Shown here piece by piece: positions 50,235 to 57,342 of a stretch of 64,000 nucleotides of DNA. The notes under the pieces were generated by a model. The model was not told the origin of the DNA. It saw only the letters and a program-made list of their open reading frames with translations, and searched no databases. Within the stretch, counting starts at the first letter, position 1, and each line of letters starts with the position of its first letter. Made by a program: the position numbers and the translations under genes. Source of the stretch: Elusimicrobiota bacterium (GTDB lineage Bacteria > Elusimicrobiota > Elusimicrobia > F11); assembly GCA_022072025.1 (NCBI GenBank), contig JAJVIP010000003.1:1-64000 (forward strand), written 5' to 3'.

Positions 50235-50920
50235 ATGTATCCCCCTATATGTATATATTATATATAGTTATATCACAATATATACCCTATGTCAATAGGT
50301 AGGATGTAGTTTGATACTATAGGATATACATATTATAGGGTAGGCTTATAGTTATATTGGCTATGTATGCCACTATACAGGCTGTAGGCAGGGTGTGACA
50401 GGGTGTTAATGTAGAATGACAGGGTAACAGTGGTATATATACAGTTGTAATCTAGTATATAGATGATTGATTAATAGATTGATTATATAGGTAGGTGGCA
50501 TGGTCCTACGGATTGTATATCCTCACCCTATCCCTGTGCTATACGCCCCTCAAATATCCCATGCCTATATTATCCTCACTATATTAAGAGTCCTATAGTA
50601 TTTATACTATGTGTACGGGTATGGTGGGGAGTGTGTATATATACTACTGTACTACTACACTATGTGTATATATTAGATTGATATATCAGTACATTATATA
50701 TACATTAATAATTAATTAATTAGTGTTTAATCTCTGGTTATTTAGTGTCTTACAACATATATTGTGCGACATCGTAGGTATGCCCCCTGGTGTAAAATCT
50801 ATTATAGGTCTATGCCTAGGCGTATCGTACTCTCTTCCCCAAGATAATAAAAAATAAAAACTCTATATTGACTCATCTTATATACCCATAGTATAATAAC
50901 CCCATACTGAGGATTTATAG
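50235..50920. promoter_or_regulatory. 686-bp AT-rich divergent control region / candidate replication origin
   Basis: Strand-switch point. Iteron-like GACAGGGTG x3 (about 50385-50425), direct repeats TAGATTGATTA x2, TACTAC repeats, and a + promoter TTGACT-18-TATAAT at 50868-50897. Confidence 0.4.
50868..50897 (+). promoter_or_regulatory. sigma70-like promoter (TTGACT-18-TATAAT)
   Basis: Drives the rightward gene block starting at 50921. Confidence 0.45.
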
Positions 50921-51214
50921 ATGAAGACCCCTTTTTCAAAAAAAATAAAAAAATTAGTTGAAATTTCTCTCTTCCATAACTTACGACCTGGAGACAGGAT
51001 TATATGGCACTTCAGCAAACATTTGTATGCCGACCCAGACAGAGAAGGTTCTGGATATGGTATACGACATCATGCTACCGTAGTGGAGACAGATCTTGAT
51101 GGCGTTGTTTTAAATAGGGCTATGAGTTCTCCCCGAGATTACCGCTTATGGTCTGAAATAGTAGTAGAGGATGTTAATCCAAAGGATGAATATGGATGGC
51201 TTCACACTAAATAA
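50921..51214 (+). CDS. hypothetical protein
   Basis: 97 aa. Confidence 0.3.
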   Translation: MKTPFSKKIKKLVEISLFHNLRPGDRIIWHFSKHLYADPDREGSGYGIRHHATVVETDLDGVVLNRAMSSPRDYRLWSEIVVEDVNPKDEYGWLHTK

Positions 51215-51503
51215 AGAGGATAAGGATCTTGCTGATTTTCATTTACTCGGGATTATTCCTGTTGGGGCGACCATTGATTTTGAGGTTGTTAAACCTAGCC
51301 CCCAGTGGGGGAACCTAGTCAAGAATTGGTCATACCATACTGGGGTGGTAGATAAAGTTGACCGCATAGAAGGATTTATCCACCTAAGAGAGCGGGAGTC
51401 CCAGGGACCCAACGAAACAGCCCATTATTATCGACTTACTTGCTACGAACTAAGTAAGATCGTAGTTAAAAATATTAATCATCGAAGGGTGTTTCAATAC
51501 TGA
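51171..51503 (+). CDS. hypothetical protein
   Basis: 110 aa. Confidence 0.3.
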   Translation: MLIQRMNMDGFTLNKEDKDLADFHLLGIIPVGATIDFEVVKPSPQWGNLVKNWSYHTGVVDKVDRIEGFIHLRERESQGPNETAHYYRLTCYELSKIVVKNINHRRVFQY

Positions 51504-51558
51504 TGTCTTTTACCTAATATAAGCACACACCTCAACTAGCATCTTAGACTCTTATTAT

Positions 51559-51587
51559 TTGCAATTGTGCATAATCCGTGCTATAAT
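51559..51587 (+). promoter_or_regulatory. sigma70 promoter TTGCAA-17-TATAAT
   Basis: ttgcaa 51559-51564 and tataat 51582-51587. Confidence 0.45.
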
Positions 51588-51626
51588 GCACAGAGAGAAC
51601 CTAAGTTCTTTAAAAGGAGATATAAA

Positions 51627-51803
51627 ATGATCCCAGATCACAGCCTACTTACGATCAAAGAAGTTGCCAAAATACTGCGAGTTTCTACAGATACCCTTAA
51701 ACGCTGGGAGTCGAAGGGGAAATTTAAGTCTGTTCGCCTAGGACCGAGGGGGGATCGGAGATATGAGAGAGACTATATACTTAAATTTATGGAGGAAGCA
51801 TGA
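51627..51803 (+). CDS. excisionase/MerR-type HTH DNA-binding protein
   Basis: LTIKEVAKILRVSTDTLKRWESKGKF is a classic HTH. The start at 51627 has SD AAAGGAG; the track ORF starts earlier at 51567. Confidence 0.5.
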   Translation: MIPDHSLLTIKEVAKILRVSTDTLKRWESKGKFKSVRLGPRGDRRYERDYILKFMEEA

Positions 51804-51954
51804 CCCAACTAGAGAAAGAGACTTGTTGTGTGTGTGGAGAACTAGCGACGGGTAAATGTGGGCATTGTGATAACCCATATTGTGATAAACATTATGGGAG
51901 CGTAGTCTGTACTGGAAATTGTTGTAGGGAAAATGAAAAAGACTGGGAGGAACA

Positions 51955-52281
51955 ATGACGGGGAAATGGTGGGAGGAGCCGATTACTTTTTGGCAGGCTG
52001 AGGCGATTGCTAAACATTATCATATGACTAGGGCTGAGGCAGAGCTTGTTTATCCTACTAAGGGAGAAGCGGTAGCGGCTATCAATGTTAGTTATTTTAG
52101 AAAAGCTCTCCAGAGCTGTATGTTTGATGCTACCCTTGGGAAGCTGACAAGTATTGACCAGGTTAGAGCTTATTTTGTAGATGATAGTGAGGGCGGGGAG
52201 AACCATCTTGGAAAACATAAAGTAGAGGATATTTGGAAATATTTAGAGCCCTACATACGAAAGCCAAATGAGAAAGACTAA
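51955..52281 (+). CDS. hypothetical protein
   Basis: 108 aa. Confidence 0.3.
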   Translation: MTGKWWEEPITFWQAEAIAKHYHMTRAEAELVYPTKGEAVAAINVSYFRKALQSCMFDATLGKLTSIDQVRAYFVDDSEGGENHLGKHKVEDIWKYLEPYIRKPNEKD

Positions 52282-52394
52282 GCGAATTACAATTAAAGAA
52301 CTTGCGATCTACTTTAGGGTCCATCGTAATACAATGGCACAGAGGTTAAGGAATGCGGGGGGAGGGGAGAAGGTTAATCTAGCTGACCCTATGG

Positions 52395-52760
52395 ATGTTA
52401 TTAAGTTTATTAGATTCTTATTTAAGTATGAGTAAGTATAAACTCCAGATGAATCCAAAGAAGACTAAATATGCCGATATTGTTCTAGCTAAGATAATGG
52501 GCAGACCTATTATCCCCAAGGCTGATGATGTTCTAGTTTTACCAGTAAGTGAATATGATTGGTTTGAGTGTAGCATTGGAAATATTGTCGAACATAGTAA
52601 CGAGGGAGTTGTTAAGCGGGCTACTATTTACATTGGTGAAATACTCGGGGGGACAAGTAATTTATGGAGCGATCAATATGACTCTGATGCAATCATGGCG
52701 ATTAACGGACACAAGATTAAGTCCAATAAAGATGCCTGGGATACAATTATCCCCTTTTAA
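52395..52760 (+). CDS. hypothetical protein
   Basis: 121 aa. Confidence 0.3.
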   Translation: MLLSLLDSYLSMSKYKLQMNPKKTKYADIVLAKIMGRPIIPKADDVLVLPVSEYDWFECSIGNIVEHSNEGVVKRATIYIGEILGGTSNLWSDQYDSDAIMAINGHKIKSNKDAWDTIIPF

Positions 52761-52838
52761 TTTTTAAGTAAGTATGGTATAATATGTTTCCAAGCATTGA
52801 ACCCGTGCTCTAGGGGATGAATAACCCAGGGTTCTCTA

Positions 52839-52909
52839 GGCCAGCTAGTTCAGTGGTAGAACATCGGTGTTACATACCGACTATGAGGGTTCGATTCCTT
52901 CGCAGGCCA
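52839..52909 (+). tRNA. tRNA-Val (anticodon UAC)
   Basis: Manual cloverleaf: acceptor GGCCAGC/GCAGGCC (one A-A mismatch), D-arm GUUC-AGUGGUA-GAAC, anticodon stem UCGGU/ACCGA with loop GUUACAU, T-arm GAGGG-UUCGAUU-CCUUC. Confidence 0.55.
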
Positions 52910-53335
52910 CATCGGATACTTAGGAGAGGGTCTTACTGGCCGTAAGCACTTAACCTCTAAGTTGATTAAGCTAACCCGCGTGGAGGCGGTCCATCCCAAC
53001 TGTTTGGACGCTCCCTTGCTAGACTAGGAAGCATGAGCGGTGGAAGGTGTTAAGACCGAAATTGCTAATCAGCTACCTTCGCCTGAGTATCGGATCGCTT
53101 TAGGTCGGGGGGAAACTAGACTGAGTTTTCTCGAGTCTGATATAGCCCCCCGCCCATTTTTCCGAGCTCAGTGGGTGAAAGACACTCGTATGCTAGAGGG
53201 CTATGGAATGTAAGTGGGAATCCAGAAGAGTCCCCTTTTCCTGAAGTGTGGTGCTGGCCGTCGCCTTCCGAGCTAACACCCTTGCTCCTATGAGGAACGC
53301 AGGGTAATGGTAAGTTCTCTAGCACACCCGCACTA
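52910..53335 (+). other. 426-nt noncoding, highly structured spacer inside the tRNA array (unknown RNA element)
   Basis: No credible ORF. Hairpins CCGC-GUGGAG-GCGG and GUCCA...UGGAC. A long composite hairpin GGUCGGGGGG-AAACU-[AGACUGAG-UUUU-CUCGAGUCU]-GAUAUAG-CCCCCCGCC sits near 53115-53170. Confidence 0.3.
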
Positions 53336-53414
53336 GGCGATATGGTGAAATGGTAGACACGCCTGCCTTAAGAGCAGGTCCGCAAGGGTAAAGGTCCGAG
53401 TCCTTTTATCGCCA
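53336..53414 (+). tRNA. tRNA-Leu (anticodon UAA), type II
   Basis: Acceptor GGCGAUA/UAUCGCC, anticodon stem CCUGC/GCAGG with loop CUUAAGA, long variable arm, T-arm AAAGG-UCCGAGU-CCUUU, discriminator A. Confidence 0.65.
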
Positions 53415-53418
53415 CCTC

Positions 53419-53492
53419 GGGCGACTACCCCAATTGGTAGAGGGAACGGTTTTAGAAACCGTGTAGTCAGAGTTCGAATCTCTGGTTGCCCA
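53419..53492 (+). tRNA. tRNA with anticodon UAG (Leu by code) but short class-I variable arm
   Basis: Acceptor GGGCGAC/GUUGCCC (G5-U68 wobble), anticodon stem ACGGU/ACCGU with loop UUUAGAA, 5-nt variable loop, T-arm CAGAG-UUCGAAU-CUCUG. Confidence 0.5.
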
Positions 53493-53497
53493 CATTT

Positions 53498-53568
53498 AGA
53501 TCTCTAGCTCAATGGTAGAGCTGTCGGCTTATACCCGACTGACAGAGGTTCGATTCCTTTGAGATCTA
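53498..53568 (+). tRNA. tRNA-Ile (anticodon UAU), A1-U72
   Basis: Acceptor AGAUCUC/GAGAUCU, D-arm GCUC-AAUGGUA-GAGC, anticodon stem GUCGG/CCGAC with loop CUUAUAC, T-arm AGAGG-UUCGAUU-CCUUU. Confidence 0.55.
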
Positions 53569-53572
53569 CAGA

Positions 53573-53644
53573 GTTCCTATAGTTCAATGGATAGAATAAT
53601 TCCCTTCTAAGGAATAGATTCGGGTTCAAGTCCTGGTGGGAACA
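53573..53644 (+). tRNA. tRNA-Arg (anticodon UCU)
   Basis: Acceptor GUUCCUA/UGGGAAC, anticodon stem AUUCC/GGAAU with loop CUUCUAA, T-loop UUCAAGU. Confidence 0.55.
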
Positions 53645-53680
53645 CTTGTTTCAGTAAAGCAAGTATGTCATAATATATTT

Positions 53681-54091
53681 ATGACAAATTCAAATGAATA
53701 TATGAGGGGATATCTTAAAAAGAGATATCATTCTCGCCGAGAAGGGGCTGTCAAACTTCTGGGGGGATGTTGTTCAAAATGTGGATCTCTAAAAAAATTA
53801 GAACTTGATCATAAAGACTATACAAAAAAATCTTTTGATATTTCTAAGTTGTGGAATATATCTTATATAAAATATAATGAGGAAATAAAAAAATGTCAAT
53901 TATTATGTAAATCTTGTCATATTAAAAAAACAAGAGAAGATTTAGGACAAGAAAACGCAAGAGAAACCCATGGAACCTTATCCGCATGGAGATATTGTAA
54001 GTGTCAATTGTGCCGAGAGGCATTTAATAAATATATGAGAGAATATAAAAGCAGGGTTCATAGCAAAGTGGCTACTGCACTCGCCTCTTAA
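53681..54091 (+). CDS. HNH endonuclease inserted in the tRNA array
   Basis: ELDHKDYTKKSFDISKLWN...LLCKSCHIKKT HNH core with CCSKCG zinc knuckle. Very AT-rich. The track ORF 53636..54091 overlaps the upstream tRNA-Arg and the downstream tRNA-Lys by about 38 nt. Confidence 0.65.
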   Translation: MTNSNEYMRGYLKKRYHSRREGAVKLLGGCCSKCGSLKKLELDHKDYTKKSFDISKLWNISYIKYNEEIKKCQLLCKSCHIKKTREDLGQENARETHGTLSAWRYCKCQLCREAFNKYMREYKSRVHSKVATALAS

Positions 54092-54126
54092 GCGAGATAT
54101 CGACAGTTCGATTCTGTCTGAGCCCA
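54054..54126 (+). tRNA. tRNA-Lys (anticodon CUU)
   Basis: Acceptor GGGUUCA/UGAGCCC (U4-G69 wobble), anticodon stem CUCGC/GCGAG with loop CUCUUAA, T-arm GACAG-UUCGAUU-CUGUC. Confidence 0.55.
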
Positions 54127-54130
54127 CATT

Positions 54131-54207
54131 GGGGTTGTAGCATAGTGGCCTATTGCATCCGCCCTTTAAGCGGAACATCGGTGGTCCGAATCCACCCAGC
54201 CCCACCA
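54131..54207 (+). tRNA. tRNA-Lys-like (anticodon UUU) with C at position 33, CCA encoded
   Basis: Acceptor GGGGUUG/CAGCCCC, anticodon stem UCCGC/GCGGA with loop CCUUUAA (C33 is unusual), T-arm GGUGG-UCCGAAU-CCACC, 3' ACCA encoded. Confidence 0.45.
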
Positions 54208-54209
54208 AT

Positions 54210-54281
54210 GGCCCTGTCGTCTATCGGCTAGGACACCAGGTTTTCATCCTGGTAAGTAGGGTTCAATTCCCTACAGGGTCA
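54210..54281 (+). tRNA. tRNA-Glu (anticodon UUC)
   Basis: Acceptor GGCCCUG/CAGGGUC, D-arm GUCU-AUCGGCUA-GGAC, anticodon stem CCAGG/CCUGG with loop UUUUCAU, T-arm UAGGG-UUCAAUU-CCCUA. Confidence 0.6.
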
Positions 54282-54287
54282 CAAGTT

Positions 54288-54361
54288 CATCCGTTGGCCA
54301 AGCAGTAAGGCGACTGTTTGCAGAACAGTTATCACAGGTGCAAATCCTGTACGGATGTCCA
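54288..54361 (+). tRNA. tRNA-Cys (anticodon GCA), CCA encoded
   Basis: Acceptor CAUCCGU/ACGGAUG, anticodon stem ACUGU/ACAGU with loop UUGCAGA, T-arm ACAGG-UGCAAAU-CCUGU, 3' UCCA. Confidence 0.5.
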
Positions 54362-54368
54362 ATAAATT

Positions 54369-54440
54369 GGTAGAGCCGTCGCGAAGTCGAGACGCCTGTT
54401 TGAAGCACAGGAGAAGTGGGAGCATTACCTACCTCTACCA
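54369..54440 (+). tRNA. degenerate tRNA-like gene (anticodon GAA, Phe) lacking canonical D-loop GG and T-loop TPsiC
   Basis: Acceptor GGUAGAG/CUCUACC perfect, anticodon stem CCUGU/ACAGG with loop UUGAAGC, but D-arm GUC-GCGAAGUCGA-GAC and T-arm GUGGG-AGCAUUA-CCUAC are non-canonical. Confidence 0.35.
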
Positions 54441-54441
54441 C

Positions 54442-54512
54442 TGTGCCTTAGTTCAACGGTAGAATACTGCTCTGATAAAGCGGGGACATAAGTTCAACTC
54501 TTTTAGGCACAA
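54442..54512 (+). tRNA. tRNA-Ile (anticodon GAU), U1-A72
   Basis: Acceptor UGUGCCU/AGGCACA, D-arm GUUC-AACGGUA-GAAU, anticodon stem CUGCU/AGCGG with loop CUGAUAA, T-loop UUCAACU. Confidence 0.5.
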
Positions 54513-54562
54513 CTCATTTCAGAAAAGACAGAAAAAGTGCCTTTAAGTGAAATGAGAATCGT

Positions 54563-54638
54563 GGTGGTATTGATGTAGCGGTAGTCATACTTGGCTGTGA
54601 ACCAAGAAGAGACAGTTCAACTCTGTCATACCACCCCA
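54563..54638 (+). tRNA. tRNA-His (anticodon GUG) with genomically encoded G-1 opposite C73 and encoded CCA
   Basis: G-1 at 54563, acceptor GUGGUAU/AUACCAC, anticodon stem CUUGG/CCAAG with loop CUGUGAA, T-arm GACAG-UUCAACU-CUGUC, 3' C-CCA. Confidence 0.65.
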
Positions 54639-54669
54639 TAGTATGCTAGAATTGGGAAAAAGGAGGAAT

Positions 54670-55098
54670 ATGATTGTATACACGGGCGGGACTTTTGACT
54701 TGTTTCATTGGGGACATATTAATTTTCTTAAAGAGTGTAGAAAATTGGCGGGACCCGAAGGAAAAGTATGGGTAGCTCTCAACACAGATGAGTTTGTTCT
54801 TAGGTATAAACAACAGAAAACTGTGTTTACTTTGGTTGAGCGGAAATTAATGCTTGAAGCGAGTGGTTTGGTGGATAAAGTAATCACCAATATCGGGGAC
54901 GAAGATTCTAAACCAGCCATCGAACATGTTCGTCCAAATATTGTCGCAATTTCCTCTGATTGGGCACGCCGAGACTACTATGGACAAATGAGGTTTACTC
55001 AAGACTGGCTAGATGAGCGGGGTATAATTCTTGCCTACATCCCCCACACTAAGGGAATCTCCTCAACAGAGATCAGATATAGGCTAAAGGCGGTGTAG
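54670..55098 (+). CDS. cytidylyltransferase-family nucleotidyltransferase (TagD-like, HxGH motif)
   Basis: GGTFDLFHWGHINFLKECRKL...ALNTDEFV...ISSDWARRDYYGQ...YIPHTKGISSTEIRYRL parallels glycerol-3-phosphate cytidylyltransferase TagD. SD AAAGGAGG before the ATG at 54670 (track start is 54643). Confidence 0.65.
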   Translation: MIVYTGGTFDLFHWGHINFLKECRKLAGPEGKVWVALNTDEFVLRYKQQKTVFTLVERKLMLEASGLVDKVITNIGDEDSKPAIEHVRPNIVAISSDWARRDYYGQMRFTQDWLDERGIILAYIPHTKGISSTEIRYRLKAV

Positions 55099-55159
55099 TG
55101 TAGTGGTAGCACAATGGGTTCTCAGCCCATTATCTGGAGTTCGAATCTCCACGCCGTCA
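55089..55159 (+). tRNA. tRNA-Glu (anticodon CUC)
   Basis: Acceptor GGCGGUG/CGCCGUC (two G-U wobbles), D-arm GUGU-AGUGGUA-GCAC, anticodon stem AUGGG/CCCAU with loop UUCUCAG, T-arm UGGAG-UUCGAAU-CUCCA. Confidence 0.6.
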
Positions 55160-55216
55160 CAGTTGATTTTTTAGTCAAAATATGCTAAAATAATACGCCA
55201 TAGGGGAGATTTATAT

Positions 55217-55957
55217 ATGTCAAAAACATTATTGATTGACAATCGCATTTTTAACGACTCCTGGTTCTATAGTTTATCTCCAGATTCAAAGCTTTTATTC
55301 CTTTTTTTACTCTTAAATGATGTCTCTAACATTATTGGATGCTATGAGATCCCTATTCAAATTATAATTTCTTATACAGGACTCTCCGATAAGCGACTCC
55401 AAACATGTTTCAAAGAGCTAAAATCAAAGGTAGTTTACCATAATGGGTGGGTAATTGTCAAAAATTACTGCAAATACAACCCAATGAGGAACCCGAGCAT
55501 TGAGGTGGCTCAAAAAAAACTAGAAAAAACACTTCCAGAGGAAATATACACCCTGTACACAGCCTGTGGACACCCTGTGGACACCCTGTACACAGGGTCT
55601 AAGGAACAGGAACAGGAAAAGGAAGATATAAATACTAGTATTAATAATAAAGGGGGTGTGGGGGATCAAGGGTTGGTTCCTTACGAAGAAGGTGAGTTGG
55701 TTGTGGCTAAAAAGAAACATTCATCGGTTGATGATATAACTGCGGAGGATTTAATGACAATCGCTGAAGAATTTAAGGTGCCACTGGATTATGTCGAGAG
55801 ACGGCTCCGTGCTATGAAAAACTGGATGAGTGCCAAGGGTAAAACTTATAAAAACTACTATGCAGGATTAAAAACCTGGATAGAAAAAGATGTTGATGAC
55901 TTCCGTAAAAAAATAGATCCTTACAAGAGGGGCATAGATGCCACAGGATTATCATGA
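55217..55957 (+). CDS. hypothetical protein with internal iteron-like DNA repeats (possible replication initiator)
   Basis: 246 aa. Coding region 55548-55600 contains ACACCCTGT four times (tACACCCTGTacacagcctgtggACACCCTGTggACACCCTGTacacagggtc). Confidence 0.3.
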   Translation: MSKTLLIDNRIFNDSWFYSLSPDSKLLFLFLLLNDVSNIIGCYEIPIQIIISYTGLSDKRLQTCFKELKSKVVYHNGWVIVKNYCKYNPMRNPSIEVAQKKLEKTLPEEIYTLYTACGHPVDTLYTGSKEQEQEKEDINTSINNKGGVGDQGLVPYEEGELVVAKKKHSSVDDITAEDLMTIAEEFKVPLDYVERRLRAMKNWMSAKGKTYKNYYAGLKTWIEKDVDDFRKKIDPYKRGIDATGLS

Positions 55958-56255
55958 GGAGTGGGAAGTAATCGTAGAAAAAGATCGTTTCCTGCTCAAC
56001 GAGAAACAAATCAAAGTTTTAAAAGATGCCATGAACAATGGGATGCGTGGGGTGGTGTGGTTTGATAAGTTCGCAATCTCCATTCCCCATGTAAAGTCTG
56101 CCTATCTGAAGCGTAGGTACTTAGATCAACCCCTAATCGGCAAAGGGGGACCACTGACCCCAGATGAGCTTTATCCTGACGCAGCTAAGGGAAAGCCTTT
56201 AAGGGAAGCAATGGATAAAATCCGTGCCAAACTTAAAGAGATTCAATCTTCCTGA
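55938..56255 (+). CDS. hypothetical protein
   Basis: 105 aa. Confidence 0.3.
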   Translation: MPQDYHEEWEVIVEKDRFLLNEKQIKVLKDAMNNGMRGVVWFDKFAISIPHVKSAYLKRRYLDQPLIGKGGPLTPDELYPDAAKGKPLREAMDKIRAKLKEIQSS

Positions 56256-56351
56256 TATTAGTTCCTAAAATATTACTTCGTAATATTCAGTTTGACTTTT
56301 GTATCCAACTAGTTTATGCTTGTGTCCTATAGCAAAAATTGGAGGGATAAT

Positions 56352-57218
56352 ATGACATTCATCTGCCTACAAGCTGGACACGAAGGAAGAACAAGTGGAT
56401 CTACTGGAGCTCCTGGGGAAATTGAACTCAATGTACGAATTCGCAATAGACTAAGTGAAATCCTTCAAAGTAAGGGTTTTGTTATCCAATTAGTGGCTGC
56501 TGATCCACCCGATTCTGAAATTAACAAAGATTTTGATTTATTTTTATCTCTCCACGGCGACGCTGATATTTACAAGGGCGTTGGTGGCGGGTGTGTTGGA
56601 TCTGGTGATAAGTCGGTTGATCTAATGTGGCAGAGATCTGCCGAGATCAGGGATGCTATCATTGCTGAATATTTTACGCACTCAGGGATTGAACATCACC
56701 CAGAGAGAGTTAATGTCAACATGACCAAATATTACATGTGGTCACGCTTGAGTCCAAAGACTCCGTGTGTTCTTATCGAACAAGGGGTTGTCCAAAATCC
56801 TCACGACAAAGTAATCCTTGCCGACACAAACATTGTCGCTAACGCTATCGCGCGGGGAGTTTGCAGAGCATTTAATGTTCCATTTGATCCTCCTGCCCCA
56901 ACTCCAAATAACCCACCAACTACTCCAACTGTTTTTTCCGATCCCAATACTCAGGTAGATATGGGTGACAAGTGGGGAGTGATGTCGCTTGGTGACGCTC
57001 GCAAATGGCTCAATGATATGACCTACAAACTTGGGGTATGTGAATCTAAGCCCCCAGTGATTAAGGAAGTTCCAGTTGAGGTAATCAAGGAAGTTATCAA
57101 AGAGGTGCCAAAAGAAGTTTATATTAACGACCCAGTTCGCCAGCAAATTAAAGATATTTTCTCTGGTGGTGGGTGGTGGTGGGTTAAATACGCCAAGATT
57201 AAATCTCTAATCGGGTAA
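56352..57218 (+). CDS. N-acetylmuramoyl-L-alanine amidase (Amidase_3) endolysin
   Basis: FICLQAGHEG...FDLFLSLHGDA matches the Amidase_3 DAGHGG...SIHAN/D zinc-ligand pattern. SD GGAGGG before the ATG at 56352. C-terminal repeats (KEVPVEVIKEVIKEVPKEV) and GGGWWWV may form a wall-binding tail. Confidence 0.6.
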   Translation: MTFICLQAGHEGRTSGSTGAPGEIELNVRIRNRLSEILQSKGFVIQLVAADPPDSEINKDFDLFLSLHGDADIYKGVGGGCVGSGDKSVDLMWQRSAEIRDAIIAEYFTHSGIEHHPERVNVNMTKYYMWSRLSPKTPCVLIEQGVVQNPHDKVILADTNIVANAIARGVCRAFNVPFDPPAPTPNNPPTTPTVFSDPNTQVDMGDKWGVMSLGDARKWLNDMTYKLGVCESKPPVIKEVPVEVIKEVIKEVPKEVYINDPVRQQIKDIFSGGGWWWVKYAKIKSLIG

Positions 57219-57342
57219 TTGACAATACCCCTATAGTTTGATATAATATATCAACTATGACATTGATATTTTATCTTCTTCTTTGTTTTTTTTCTGATGT
57301 TGAATTTAGTTGGTTTTGGTTTCTTATTGCGGTATTACTGTC

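Noticed and set aside
53116-53325. 69-aa minus-strand ORF inside the tRNA-array spacer
   Set aside because: Gly/Ser/Pro-rich with no RBS. It is antisense to the tRNA operon and coincides with the G/C-rich hairpin region.
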